From an uncultured archaeon (lineage in GTDB: Archaea; Thermoproteota; Bathyarchaeia; Bathyarchaeales; Bathycorpusculaceae): a stretch of DNA of 49,734 nucleotides. The notes beneath the pieces are model-generated. The model did not search any database, was not told the DNA's origin, and was given only the letters and a program-made list of their open reading frames with translations. Below, in pieces: positions 40,601 through 49,734 of the stretch. The position numbers were made by a program, and so were the translations under genes. Numbering within the stretch: the stretch's first letter is position 1; every line of letters starts with the position of its first letter. The stretch is from positions 1-49,734 of the forward strand of contig CAWALK010000002.1 in NCBI GenBank assembly GCA_963782915.1, read 5' to 3'.

Positions 40601-41374
40601 TTCTAATCTGTAGGCGGTTGAATTCCAAGTAAGTTTTGAGGTAAACTGGGTAAACGATGACGCTAAAACCATCAGGCCCCTATTGTCGGAAACTTCGATG
40701 ACGTAGGCGTTGCTTGTTACGCCCGATGGGAGGTCAAGTATGTAGGTTCCGTTAGCGTAGGATGCTATCTTGGTTGGCGAGGTAAGGTTCCAGTTAGACG
40801 CTGTATAGTCGTATTGGTAGAGTTTGAGGTTGTTTTTGCCTAGATTAATGAGTGGTTGAGCTTCATCCCGCAGAATAACCAGTTCAGCCTGATTTATCGT
40901 TGCAGAATTCTGTATCTGCAATTCCAAACGCGTCGAAGTTTTGTAGCTTGCCCCATAAATTCCCAAACCAGTAAGGTTATAGTTCACCGTTAAACTGCCC
41001 TGACTATAACTGTTGTTCGAGAACCAGCTAGCGCTTAAGGTTAAATTTTTGAGGTCAAAAACTGCTCCCCACTCCGGTTGGACATCACCCATGTTAGTTA
41101 ATCCACTTCGGAGGTAGTTGGTTGCTAACTGCTGGGCATAGGTCACATTGCCTGTGACTTTAAGGACTGAACCATAGTATCCCACTGTAAAGCCTAAGAT
41201 TTCTTTGAGTCCAAGGTTTGTCTCGTCTATGGAACTTAATATTTGAGGTTGTTCCTCTATTGGGCTATAGCGAATCGCTGAATAAGTTGTCATAACGGCG
41301 GCTACCAAGACTACTGCAACAAGCAGGGCTGCAATGATTGAGAATTGACCTTTACAGTTCAATCTAAGTAACAA
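37613..41374 (-). CDS. Giant pilin-like adhesin (1253 aa)
   Basis: Class III signal KG|QFSIIAALLVAVVLV; T/S/N-rich beta domains; many N-x-S/T sequons. Confidence 0.8.
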   Translation of the reverse strand: MLLRLNCKGQFSIIAALLVAVVLVAAVMTTYSAIRYSPIEEQPQILSSIDETNLGLKEILGFTVGYYGSVLKVTGNVTYAQQLATNYLRSGLTNMGDVQPEWGAVFDLKNLTLSASWFSNNSYSQGSLTVNYNLTGLGIYGASYKTSTRLELQIQNSATINQAELVILRDEAQPLINLGKNNLKLYQYDYTASNWNLTSPTKIASYANGTYILDLPSGVTSNAYVIEVSDNRGLMVLASSFTQFTSKLTWNSTAYRLESHFVETADPQIGTHTDFASQQTGPDGVYDTLTEAAHGVVPQPSYPTGWNSFGTTTTLVGGALSDLQSNNQGYMSFHSYGTNFAGSADFGNPTKGSGTIVLSTVLGSRFTTTQAGLANSISAYLQFNSASANFGNTATSGNNGDAINDTIRGQRFTSPASPVVAQSITAYILCTTSAKNMKAAIYDNNGNIVASTIEQSVPANATPALRTFNFASPPTLTESTNYILVVWSETGSGSAILRYSQNSGGNGRTVSQTYGTWSPTVTFQQDSYRYSIYCNYNSEFRAKAALYTAAGAYVNETQEKLLGTTDNWVTFNFASPQTLTQATDYVLAVLSSDITNVNIYRDNNVNVERFSRTATYPTWPATLTDGGNQRQLSIYCTYSPANQYTTTVEFTGSSNTPLPWTDLAWMIDASASTNNVAATLQLYNYNTLAYPAGGDGYMTATLGNSDVFSTQTINVSMANFLSGGKNWKILINATKTTTTPFDVNFDLAQYTPEIPNYAIDLHEQWLTVDPSYSRQDLCIKTGAMDAEPLIVQVWHGGAWINLMTLTPNYFNNASLTPYIDSSTMLIRFVGSNDLTDIIQDTFNIDCVYIKDQPDVTFLVNRQQSTFTVEVLQNGTMRWLGQNMNVTTKTIPIPPIPVKALHLNQTICGVNKEVPFQIEDWASNYQIPLGLTSNTTVFSNRQMIVFLANSAVSDFTIWWNGSDTAVQTPNAYVNTFFKNDDTASGIYNNGNVTLLFTGGAVKATVAGTTTFSTATFMRVNSEGGTYGSGTSLVIHHGVVRDVAMEEAEWGTAGSGGGAEGCPNVYANIVIMLPANATYYNYQLRLMFINSTQARSIIDLCPLRLTTSVTPTTLQTENGTLKDFPIVINGSATYANFTVGGYTDHYFMQYIQDGSNNKGAGLMFSDIQNERLYAFDNFPLSTAKGALRTSTNLLELLPVSSGSVSFRTAYDITWQGAVATFDNSTPICNFYDATTPMGLWILAEYPPMLTVTAKS

Positions 41375-41375
41375 T

Positions 41376-42674
41376 CTAGGTGCCTCCTGCTAATCCAAGT
41401 TGCAAAACAACCAGCCGCGACGTATTTGTCGCCGAGTATTCTGAAGCATAAACCCGTGGGTGATAATACGATAGAAGGCTCAGCGCCGTCATGCGGACGT
41501 CTGGGGTTCGGGTTAAACCTAAGGCTAAAAACGACCCCGTTATGTTTGTGGTGCCGTGGGTGTACAGGGTGCCGGGGTAATAGTTTGATACGGGGTTGAG
41601 CACGTTTACTCCGATGGACAAGTGGTAAGTTGCCTGTATGGTATTCGATATTGCTCGTGTAGAAGTCTGTGTTTGGGAAGGGTAAATGCCATAGTAGTTA
41701 CAAGCGTCAAACGCAGTTTGGGTCAACGTGACAGGTCTAGTGTTGGATTCGGCGACGCCGATGCCGCTGACACCGTAGGTTTGGTTGTCTAAGCCTCTGA
41801 GAAATGCGATGGAGCCCCCGCCGCCGGTTTGTTGCATCCCATAAATGCCCCAGTTGTTTTGCCCACCTGCAAAGGAAGCGGTGTTGCTTACGTAGTAGAA
41901 GGGGTAACCCACAATGCTTGACCAAGTCCAATTGTACATGTTTACTCGCTGCCCCAAAAACCAACTATAGTATGCATAGGAGTCTTGGGAGTAGGGCGCT
42001 TGGCAGTAGGCGCTGGGTATGGGCACTGCTTCTCCGCAAGTGTTAACGATAACGGCGTTTCGGAGGGTTTCTCCAGCCAAGGGAGTTCCACTTAGAATTT
42101 GGCCGAGTTGCGCTGTATTATTAACCATGATAGTTTTAACGAAATACTGCGACAAGAGGTTGTAGAGGTCCTGCGCCAAGCTTTGAGCCGTGTAGCCCGT
42201 GATCCACCAGCCGTTTGCGTCGCTGCAGTTGAGGATGTAGAGTGTTCCTCCGTTTGCTTCCCCGATTTTTTGGGGTGTGACGTTGAAGGTGACGTTGGAG
42301 GAGGCTACAGTGTAAGATGAAACGTCACTGGTTCCAATTGTGCCCATTACGTTTGAGAAGCTATCTACTTGACTGTAGATAGAACCACCTTGGTCATTTA
42401 TGTCGTAAACCGTTAAGTTGTAGATTACGTTAGCTGGTAGTGAAGCGGATAGGGCAACCTGCAATCGGCTCCATGTTAAGGGGTTGTCTGTTTGGAAGGT
42501 GGCTGAGCTTAAATCATAATCTGAATCCAACATTTGCAAGGTCGTATATGCGAGACGTCGGAGGTTAATCGGCGAAACTTCCCTTGGCGAGGGCAAAACC
42601 GCAAAATAAGAAACCGCAATGAAAGCGCCTGAGAGGATGATAATTACAAATAAAACTTCTATAGTGCGAATCAT
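41376..42674 (-). CDS. Minor pilin-like protein
   Basis: MIRTIEVLFVIIILSG N-terminal hydrophobic helix; in the pilus operon. Confidence 0.7.
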   Translation of the reverse strand: MIRTIEVLFVIIILSGAFIAVSYFAVLPSPREVSPINLRRLAYTTLQMLDSDYDLSSATFQTDNPLTWSRLQVALSASLPANVIYNLTVYDINDQGGSIYSQVDSFSNVMGTIGTSDVSSYTVASSNVTFNVTPQKIGEANGGTLYILNCSDANGWWITGYTAQSLAQDLYNLLSQYFVKTIMVNNTAQLGQILSGTPLAGETLRNAVIVNTCGEAVPIPSAYCQAPYSQDSYAYYSWFLGQRVNMYNWTWSSIVGYPFYYVSNTASFAGGQNNWGIYGMQQTGGGGSIAFLRGLDNQTYGVSGIGVAESNTRPVTLTQTAFDACNYYGIYPSQTQTSTRAISNTIQATYHLSIGVNVLNPVSNYYPGTLYTHGTTNITGSFLALGLTRTPDVRMTALSLLSYYHPRVYASEYSATNTSRLVVLQLGLAGGT

Positions 42675-43922
42675 CTATGTGCTCCCCGAATGTTGCAGAT
42701 TCCACAGGGCAAGTTCTGCCTGGTATGCTATGCCGCCGATGGTGACTTGGCGGATGTCTGTTGTAACCCAATCTTGCCCAGCAGAGTTTCCGCCCAAGCT
42801 GACTGAATAAGCCATGGAGCCTAAACCCCACGGAACCATAACGATGCCGTATTGCCCTGAAGAGGGGTTCTTGTAGGTTGCAATCAATATGCCTGCGTTA
42901 TCTGGCACTTGCACTGAAGCGTATTGCTGGGTGCTGCTGGGGCCATAATCTATTTTTCCTGTTGCGGTGGGTTGTTCTAAGATTACTCGGCGCAGTGTGT
43001 ACTCTTCGGTGAGTATGGCAAAAGAGGCGTTGTAGTTTAGCTGTGAATATCCTGGGTTCTGTGGCGTTTCCCCGACTGAGTCACCGTGAGCTAAAGTGAG
43101 GGTTCTGTCTTGGAAGCTATCTACGATTGGAACTATGGTAGTTGTGGAAGTCTGGGGTATGTGTACATAGTAGCCCATGCCTTTGAGGCCGTAAAGGTAG
43201 GAGTAAACGATGAGGGCATACGTGCGGGTTTCTCCGTTAACTCCGGGGAATTGTAGTTGTAGGGAACCGTCATCAGCGGTTGTATCGGTTCTGCTTATTA
43301 TTGTGTAGGAGGGAAATTCGTTTGCATCCTCATTGACCAAGATTAGGTTGGATGTGACGTTTGCGTTGGCAAGCACAAGCCCTGTTCCAGATGCATCAAC
43401 ATGGAATTGCAGTGTCGCCCCAATTGATGTTTTTTGTATGCTAACCGTTACGGTGGGTGTTAGGGTTAACTTGAAACCATAGGTGCCGTTGATACCAAGC
43501 AACTTAGACGCTGTAGAATAGTTTACTGTCTTAGTGGTGGGTGTAAGTAGGCAGCTACCGTAACCGGCGGTAAGGTTGTTATAGGTTAAGCCGGTTCTTG
43601 AATAATGGACAGGTGCTTGAGCTGTTGAGGTAAGCCTCATCGATGAGAAGGAGCTAAGTTTGTATTGACTAAACTCAGGGTCTTGTAAACCAAAACCGTC
43701 GGGTAACTTGTCTATTTGTGCCCAATAAGTCAAGTCATTATTTGGTAGGCCTGGATTTAGCAGTATTGTATCTAATAGATCGCTGGTTTTTGTTGATATT
43801 GCGGTGTGCGCTTCGTAGGTGACGGCTGTTTGGATGGTTTGGCTAAAGAGGCCGATAAAGAGGATTAGCGCTGCAATGAAGATTGTTAGGGCAAGCATAT
43901 GGTCTATGGAGGCATTGGCCAA
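42675..43922 (-). CDS. Minor pilin-like protein
   Basis: MANASIDHMLALTIFIAALILF; in the pilus operon. Confidence 0.7.
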   Translation of the reverse strand: MANASIDHMLALTIFIAALILFIGLFSQTIQTAVTYEAHTAISTKTSDLLDTILLNPGLPNNDLTYWAQIDKLPDGFGLQDPEFSQYKLSSFSSMRLTSTAQAPVHYSRTGLTYNNLTAGYGSCLLTPTTKTVNYSTASKLLGINGTYGFKLTLTPTVTVSIQKTSIGATLQFHVDASGTGLVLANANVTSNLILVNEDANEFPSYTIISRTDTTADDGSLQLQFPGVNGETRTYALIVYSYLYGLKGMGYYVHIPQTSTTTIVPIVDSFQDRTLTLAHGDSVGETPQNPGYSQLNYNASFAILTEEYTLRRVILEQPTATGKIDYGPSSTQQYASVQVPDNAGILIATYKNPSSGQYGIVMVPWGLGSMAYSVSLGGNSAGQDWVTTDIRQVTIGGIAYQAELALWNLQHSGST

Positions 43923-43924
43923 AG

Positions 43925-44407
43925 TTAGGTATCCTCCAAGGTTAAGGTGACGCAGTCGCCTGTTTTTGTGGCTACTAAAGAGAGGCCTCCTGAGTTGCTG
44001 TTAAAGGACAGGTTGTCTTCCCAGTTTGCGTTGCTGCCTAAAGTTATAACAGTTGAACTATAGCCGTCAACACTGATGAAATGTAAGGTGATGTTCATGA
44101 TGCTGTAGGATGTGTCCACATCGGCAACTTTATGCAGGGTAACCATGTAGGCATGGTTCTCTATGGTTTTGGGGATGTCAAGGTTGACTTTCATGGAGGC
44201 GGAGCCAATGCTGACTGAGGCGCGGTTTATCGCGTAAGACATCTGTTGAATTGTGCTTCCCAAGAGTCCAGCGGTCTCTTGCAATTCAAGGGTGCGTTGT
44301 GATTCTGCCCAGTTATCCATCATCATTGTGGCAACTAAGGGGAAAAGAAAAATCTGCAAAATCATTACTGGAATCATTATCATGTATTCGATGGTTATCT
44401 GCGTCAA
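43925..44407 (-). CDS. Pilin-like protein
   Basis: MTQITIEY resembles the Q-x-S-x-E pilin motif; GGAGG RBS. Confidence 0.72.
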   Translation of the reverse strand: MTQITIEYMIMIPVMILQIFLFPLVATMMMDNWAESQRTLELQETAGLLGSTIQQMSYAINRASVSIGSASMKVNLDIPKTIENHAYMVTLHKVADVDTSYSIMNITLHFISVDGYSSTVITLGSNANWEDNLSFNSNSGGLSLVATKTGDCVTLTLEDT

Positions 44408-44422
44408 CTTTATTCCTCCAAG

Positions 44423-45256
44423 TTATACTTGCCCTATTGTTACCATTAGGTTGCCAACGTAGACTTCTACGAGCGAATTGTGTGGTAAAGTTTTGGTTTC
44501 GGTAATGCTTTTGAAGTTGAAAAAGTATGAGTCGAAGCCCTGATCGGCTTTGGGAAATGAGGCAGTTATGCGGATTTGGTCTACACCGCTCTTGACTATT
44601 TTGCTGATTCCGTTTCCACTCAATGTTATTGATTGCGTAGCGTAGTGGTGGTTGCCAGCCTCCATTGTTGGAAGATAGATTTTGTAGCAGTTGGCTGAAG
44701 CTGAATCAAGCACTCGTACAGTTGGAACAACAACGACCCGGAGGTAGTTGCCTGCTGTCATCGGTATTTTTTCTGTCGCGTACACTTGGGTTATAGGTGC
44801 GGTTGAACCGGTCTGTAAAAATGAGTTGTTTGCGCCGTATGGTAGGCGTTGGAAGTAGCCATTGCCCATTGAGTAGGAACTAACTGGGACATTGTAGAGT
44901 ACAATACCTGTTTCGATGGTTATGGGCAGGGTTTGCCATGTGGAGCCTATAAGCACTTCAACGGTGTAGCTGAGGACTTGAGGTTCAAAGTTTACTTGTC
45001 CAAAGCGGCTGGAGTAACTGATGGTTTGGGTTCTACCAATCGTCCATGCAACATCGTCGATTTGTAATCCGGTGGTTTGCATGAATTGTTCGTTTGTGTT
45101 GAATTCGTTCTGTGCCATTTTCAAGTTGATTATGTTGCTTGCGTAGGTCATCGCTACAAGTATCATAACGATGACGGCGGCGGTCAATATCATAGTGGAG
45201 AAAGCGGGGCTAATTGCTTTGTTGTTTTTGCGTATGTTTGAGTGGATTAGTTTCGT
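44423..45256 (-). CDS. Pilin-like protein with class III signal; probable ACG start at 45256
   Basis: In-frame extension gives (M)KLIHSNIRKNNKA|ISPAFSTMILTAAVIVMIL; GGAG RBS 8 nt before ACG. Confidence 0.75.
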   Translation of the reverse strand, partial: TKLIHSNIRKNNKAISPAFSTMILTAAVIVMILVAMTYASNIINLKMAQNEFNTNEQFMQTTGLQIDDVAWTIGRTQTISYSSRFGQVNFEPQVLSYTVEVLIGSTWQTLPITIETGIVLYNVPVSSYSMGNGYFQRLPYGANNSFLQTGSTAPITQVYATEKIPMTAGNYLRVVVVPTVRVLDSASANCYKIYLPTMEAGNHHYATQSITLSGNGISKIVKSGVDQIRITASFPKADQGFDSYFFNFKSITETKTLPHNSLVEVYVGNLMVTIGQV

Positions 45257-45267
45257 GTTTTAGTCTC

Positions 45268-46989
45268 CTATGTTAATTTAATGAATTGTGGGATTAACTT
45301 GGCAGCTACGACGGCGATTATTACTAGGATTGCGGCGTGTTTGAGGCCTGAGGCGACAGAGTCATCGCTTATTTTTCCTGCCACAACTCCGATTAGGAAA
45401 CTGTGGAAGATAACCGAGGAGAGAAAAATTGTTTGCATCAGGGGATCTGGTCCAGCGGATTCGACTCCGGGTACTGTTATGCCGGTGGTTAAATTCATCA
45501 TCATAACAGTTGTCGCTACCAGCAGAATCGAAGCTAAATAGGGCATCATCACATAGGGGCGAACGCTCATTTTCTTCTCTTTTTCCACTTCCTGTGTCAT
45601 GTTGTTGAAGCGCGCCAATGAATCGATCATGGCTATGGTGCCTCCGCCGACATCGATGGTTTCTACGAGTAGGAACATGACGATTTGGACCATCCAGCTT
45701 TTTGTGCGGTGAAGAAAATCCATCATTACCTGCTTGATGGGTATGCCCCAGGAGATGTCTGTGCTGATTTTTCGTAGTTCTTTGGTGAATGCGCCGTAGT
45801 CGCGTTTTGAGAGGCTTTCGATGCATTTTTCGGGTGATAGTCCGGTTTTTCGGACTTCGGTTAGGTCTCGTAGGAAGTTTGCGACACCTGCCTCCATGCT
45901 GCTTTTGATTTTGGATAATCGTATATGCAGGATGGCTGCGGGTGCTGCTGAAATAAATAAAGAAACAGCTAAGGCTACTGGCAAATCGACGCCTATAGCT
46001 TGTAGTTGTGTAAAGATGGGCAGGCTAGTTAAGCCCATGAAGTTGGTCAATAGCAAAAACGCAACGATGGCTGCTACACAGGATACAGCGAACACTTTGT
46101 AGGGACGCATATCAGTGTTGGGAGTTTTAGTTTGCATGCTATGCGCCAAGTAGATGAACATCATCGAGAGCATAGGCGTAAAAATGAAGGTGTAGAGGAG
46201 CATGCCTGAGTAGTCAGAGAGGGTAGATTGTGCCGTTGTACTGTTTGATGAAATGTTGTTTACGGCAAAGAGGATGTAGAAGCAAAGCGACATCATGACC
46301 TCAACAATTATGAATGTCTCCAGTAGCATGCCTAAGCGGTCAGCCGCAGCTTTTACTCGAAGAGCTCGTGCTTTGAATATGTCTTCTGCTTTGCGTTCAA
46401 GAAAATGCCCAATGTCGCCGCCGATTATGACGGTTGAAGCGTAGCCGCCTAAGAAGTCTTTGAAGAGGTCCAGCGGCGTCTTTTTTGCTGCCACTTCAAG
46501 CGCTGTGAGGGGGTCGGTGCCGAATATTTCTACGTCTTTAACGATGTCTCGGGCTTCTTTGCTCATGGCAGGCATGAGTTTGACTTCGGTTAATCGTTTG
46601 AAGCTGCTATAGGGTGCTATGCCGCCTGAGGACATGACGCTAATGTATGCTGCGGCAAATGGCAATTCACGTTCTAAACCGATGGAGCGGTCACTGGCAT
46701 TGTTCATGGGCACTACAAGAAAGCCCGCTACAACAAAGACAGGAAGCACACTTAAGATGAGTAGCGCTAGAACCCCAAACATGACAGCTACAACAGCCGC
46801 TACAATTGCAATGGGAACTGTTAGGCATACGGTGAGAAACATCATGGAGATGTAGGTTTCGGGGTAAATTTTAACGCGACCACGTTCCAGCTGCCCTTTC
46901 AATTGGGGGAAAACTTTGGTTAAGAAGTAAGGTGAATATCGCCCGAATAGACGGAAGGATAGGGTTTCGAATTTATTGAGCAGCGACAA
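45268..46989 (-). CDS. Type IV pilus platform protein (TadC/ArlJ-like, two GspF domains)
   Basis: Multi-TM; ERELPFAAAY, G-x-DPLTALE, FLRDLTE-x-x-KTG, GG. Confidence 0.9.
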   Translation of the reverse strand: MSLLNKFETLSFRLFGRYSPYFLTKVFPQLKGQLERGRVKIYPETYISMMFLTVCLTVPIAIVAAVVAVMFGVLALLILSVLPVFVVAGFLVVPMNNASDRSIGLERELPFAAAYISVMSSGGIAPYSSFKRLTEVKLMPAMSKEARDIVKDVEIFGTDPLTALEVAAKKTPLDLFKDFLGGYASTVIIGGDIGHFLERKAEDIFKARALRVKAAADRLGMLLETFIIVEVMMSLCFYILFAVNNISSNSTTAQSTLSDYSGMLLYTFIFTPMLSMMFIYLAHSMQTKTPNTDMRPYKVFAVSCVAAIVAFLLLTNFMGLTSLPIFTQLQAIGVDLPVALAVSLFISAAPAAILHIRLSKIKSSMEAGVANFLRDLTEVRKTGLSPEKCIESLSKRDYGAFTKELRKISTDISWGIPIKQVMMDFLHRTKSWMVQIVMFLLVETIDVGGGTIAMIDSLARFNNMTQEVEKEKKMSVRPYVMMPYLASILLVATTVMMMNLTTGITVPGVESAGPDPLMQTIFLSSVIFHSFLIGVVAGKISDDSVASGLKHAAILVIIAVVAAKLIPQFIKLT

Positions 46990-48745
46990 CCGCTCTAACC
47001 TCCTCAGTGATTCCTATTTTTTCCAAAATATCTTTGGGGCGTGCATAGTATTCTGCGATTATTAGGGCGACTTCTTTGTAGCTGCGGATGTTTTTTTGGC
47101 GCATCCAGCGTAGGACTTCGCTGCGTCGTTTCATTTCATCGAGGAGTTGTTCGCGGGTTAAGCCCAGACGTTCGGAGATGTTTGTTAATAGGAAGCTTGA
47201 GTCTAAATCGATGATTTGTTCGTCTTTTACGGGGTCCCATTTGAAGGGGTTGACATAGTTTTCGTAGTCTTGTATTTCGTTGACTGATAGGACTCTGCGG
47301 TAGGCACGTTTTTCACCGTTTTTAACTAAGTGGACACGCTGGACTGACATAACTATGTTCATGAGTGGGATGTAAGCAGGGGAGATGTCCATGGGTTTTT
47401 GTGTTAATCGTCTAACCGCTGACTGGACGTTTTCGGCGTGCATGGTACACATGCCACCGTGTCCAGTTGCTAACGCTTGGAATAGTACGTATGCTTCTTG
47501 GCCTCTGACTTCGCCGACAATCATCAAATCGGGGCGGTGTCTCATGCAGGTTTTTACTAAGTCGAATAATGCGACTTCGCCTACACTGCTGCCGCCTAAG
47601 CCGTAGCTTTGGCGTGCGATGAGTGAAACCCAGTTTTCATGGGACAAGTTGAGTTCGGCGGTTTCTTCTATAGTCATGATTTTGCTGCCCGGCTTAATGA
47701 GACAACCCAATGCATTTAGGGCGGTGGTTTTACCTGCTGCTGTACCGCCTAAAACCATGACTGAAGCACGGTTTTCTAGGCAAACCCACAGGTAAGCCGC
47801 CATTTCTTCTGTGAAAGTGCCAATGTTAATTAAATCAATGATTGAGTAGGGGTCATCTCGGAATTTTCGGATGGTGAATGCCGTGCCAAACGGTGTGATT
47901 TCCCGTCGGTATGCAACGGCGAGGCGATGTTTCCCCGGCAGTGAAGCATCCACTATGGGGAAGGCACTGCTGACATGTTTACCAGACATGTGCACAAGCT
48001 TAACCACTAAGTTGTCGAGGTCTTCGTCTGAGTCAAATTGCAGATTAGTTTCAATGCTCTCGAAAGTCCGGTGCCAAATATAGACCGGTTTTTTGACTCC
48101 ATCGCAAGAGATGTCTTCTATGTTTGGGTCACGCATTAATGAATCAATTTTTCCAAAACCCACCAGATCCCGTTGTGCGTAGTAGAGGATTTTGTACCAT
48201 GACACGTCTGGTAGCCAGCCTAGGCTGATTCGGTATTTGTTTACGATTTTTCTTGCTTCTTGGGCAAAGAATTTGCGTGGGTCTGCGATTTCTTCTTTGG
48301 GTGATTGGATTTCTGCGAGCAGGATCTCTTGGATGCGTTGGTAGATGCCGCGTTCTATGGGGTCGAGTTGGAGTTCGTCTAGAATGTATTTGTGTTCGCC
48401 TGTTTTGGGGTCTTGTACGATTACGACTTGGGCGAAGGGTTCGTAGAGGGGGTATTTGTCGATGATTTTTACGCCTTTGGGCAGGATTTTGGGGGCGGCG
48501 GGTGCTTCTGCGGGTTCTGGTTTCTGTTTTTTGGCGGGGAGTTTTATGTTAATTTTTGGCGTTTTGATTTTTTTGATTTTAGTTATGAAGTTTGTGCCTT
48601 TTGCTTTGATGCGCTGTTTGGCGGTGTTTAGTTGTTGTTTTGTTTTGGTGAGGTCTTGTTTGATTTTGTTTTTGGTGTTTTGGAGGTTGGCGGATGCTTT
48701 GGTGAGTGTTTGTTTGATTTGTTGGCGTATGTGTAAGGTGGACAT
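46973..48745 (-). CDS. Type IV pilus assembly ATPase (VirB11/ArlI/TadA family)
   Basis: DPNIEDISCDG; Walker A GGTAAGKTT; IEETAEL; RHRPD...VGEVRG; TGH...TMHA. Confidence 0.95.
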   Translation of the reverse strand: MSTLHIRQQIKQTLTKASANLQNTKNKIKQDLTKTKQQLNTAKQRIKAKGTNFITKIKKIKTPKINIKLPAKKQKPEPAEAPAAPKILPKGVKIIDKYPLYEPFAQVVIVQDPKTGEHKYILDELQLDPIERGIYQRIQEILLAEIQSPKEEIADPRKFFAQEARKIVNKYRISLGWLPDVSWYKILYYAQRDLVGFGKIDSLMRDPNIEDISCDGVKKPVYIWHRTFESIETNLQFDSDEDLDNLVVKLVHMSGKHVSSAFPIVDASLPGKHRLAVAYRREITPFGTAFTIRKFRDDPYSIIDLINIGTFTEEMAAYLWVCLENRASVMVLGGTAAGKTTALNALGCLIKPGSKIMTIEETAELNLSHENWVSLIARQSYGLGGSSVGEVALFDLVKTCMRHRPDLMIVGEVRGQEAYVLFQALATGHGGMCTMHAENVQSAVRRLTQKPMDISPAYIPLMNIVMSVQRVHLVKNGEKRAYRRVLSVNEIQDYENYVNPFKWDPVKDEQIIDLDSSFLLTNISERLGLTREQLLDEMKRRSEVLRWMRQKNIRSYKEVALIIAEYYARPKDILEKIGITEEVRAVVAAQ

Positions 48746-48934
48746 TATTCACATTTGGAATCAGATTCCTATTAAGTATTATGTCTCACTACAACCTACT
48801 GATGATGTGTTCAACAAAACAACACATTAATACAAAACAAGCCCCAACAAGCAAAAACCCAACACAGCAACCAAACGATTTTTAAAACACCCCCGCAATC
48901 ACTACCACAAACATATGCTAACGAAGGATAGAGC

Positions 48935-49630
48935 ATGAACCAAACAACAAAAATCATCAACCAAGCCAGAAAAGAAGGCAGAACAGCGCTTCTAGAACCC
49001 GAAGCTAAAGCCATCTGCGCAGAATATGGCATCACAGTAAACAAATTCAGCGTAGCAACCAACGAGAAGGAAGCCGTAGCACAAGCAGACAAAATCGGTT
49101 ACCCAATCGTCCTAAAAATTGTGTCCGAAGACATCATCCACAAATCGGATGCAGGCGGAGTTAAAGTTAACTTGAAAACTGCTGCTGATGTAGAGGCAGC
49201 GTACAAAACAATAATGGAAAACGCCAAAAAATATAAGGCGGACGCAAGAATCGCCGGTGTCATCGTTCAGGAAATGGCACCACAGGGTACAGAAGTTATC
49301 GTGGGCGCAGTTAAAGATCCACAGTTCGGCCAAACAGTCATGTTCGGCTTAGGCGGCATCTTTGTTGAACTGCTAAAAGACGTTAACTTCCGTGTTGCAC
49401 CCCTCACCGAGATGGATGCAAAAGAGATGATTACCCAGCTCAAAGCGTTTCCACTGCTCAACGGTTACCGTGGCTCAAAACCAGCAGACATCCAAGCACT
49501 AATAGGCGTGCTCTGCAATGTCTCGAAATTGATCATGGAGCATCCGGAAATCAAAGAACTGGACTTAAACCCAGTCATGGCGTATCCAAACGGCACAAAA
49601 ACCGTTGACGCAAGAATCATCCTCGAATAA
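48935..49630 (+). CDS. acdB: ADP-forming acetate/acyl-CoA ligase, beta (ATP-grasp) subunit
   Basis: LLEPEAK, GYPIVLKIVS-x-DI-x-HKSDAGGV, DPQFG, FGLGGIFVE, ELDLNP, VDARI. Confidence 0.92.
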   Translation: MNQTTKIINQARKEGRTALLEPEAKAICAEYGITVNKFSVATNEKEAVAQADKIGYPIVLKIVSEDIIHKSDAGGVKVNLKTAADVEAAYKTIMENAKKYKADARIAGVIVQEMAPQGTEVIVGAVKDPQFGQTVMFGLGGIFVELLKDVNFRVAPLTEMDAKEMITQLKAFPLLNGYRGSKPADIQALIGVLCNVSKLIMEHPEIKELDLNPVMAYPNGTKTVDARIILE

Positions 49631-49734
49631 AGGGTAGACTAGCTACCTTTCATTTTCTTATTTTGCATTTTTTTTTAGATTATTTGTACTAATTCTCTTG
49701 TTAGTCTCTTTTCTTGTCTAAACGTAAATGCTTT

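Noticed and set aside
37613-48745. Archaellum operon
   Set aside because: No archaellin, ArlH or ArlF/G is recognisable; the layout fits an adhesive type IV pilus.

Overview
Archaeal chromosomal window, most consistent with Bathyarchaeia. This is inferred from aIF-1A, BHB-intron tRNA, ADP-forming acyl-CoA ligase, bacterial-type PfkA and PE(F)-CTERM surface proteins. It holds two tRNAs: Ala(CGC), and Tyr(GUA) with two introns. A chemotaxis set is split into two blocks (MCP-cheW at left; cheA-X-cheW-cheB-MCP on the minus strand). There are also sugar genes (pfkA, glmU, glmM, PfkB kinase, GT4), a G1 glutamic peptidase, a tandem ferritin, a type IV pilus locus with prepilin peptidase, and acdB. 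Two things stand out. (1) An AT-rich array at about 20776-23334 has single small membrane/surface genes separated by a recurring ~30-bp site (AACCATTAA-GAACTA-GTTTTGGAGC), with stop codons lying inside the site. It looks like a gene-cassette system and sits next to a hicBA pair. (2) A four-gene operon (24549-26612) encodes mutually related helix-plus-beta-hairpin proteins (DUF2589/Trypco2-like), one fused to HhH repeats. Many genes carry single-base indels, probably long-read errors, so pseudogene calls are tentative. Family names come from motif recognition only; no searches were run.
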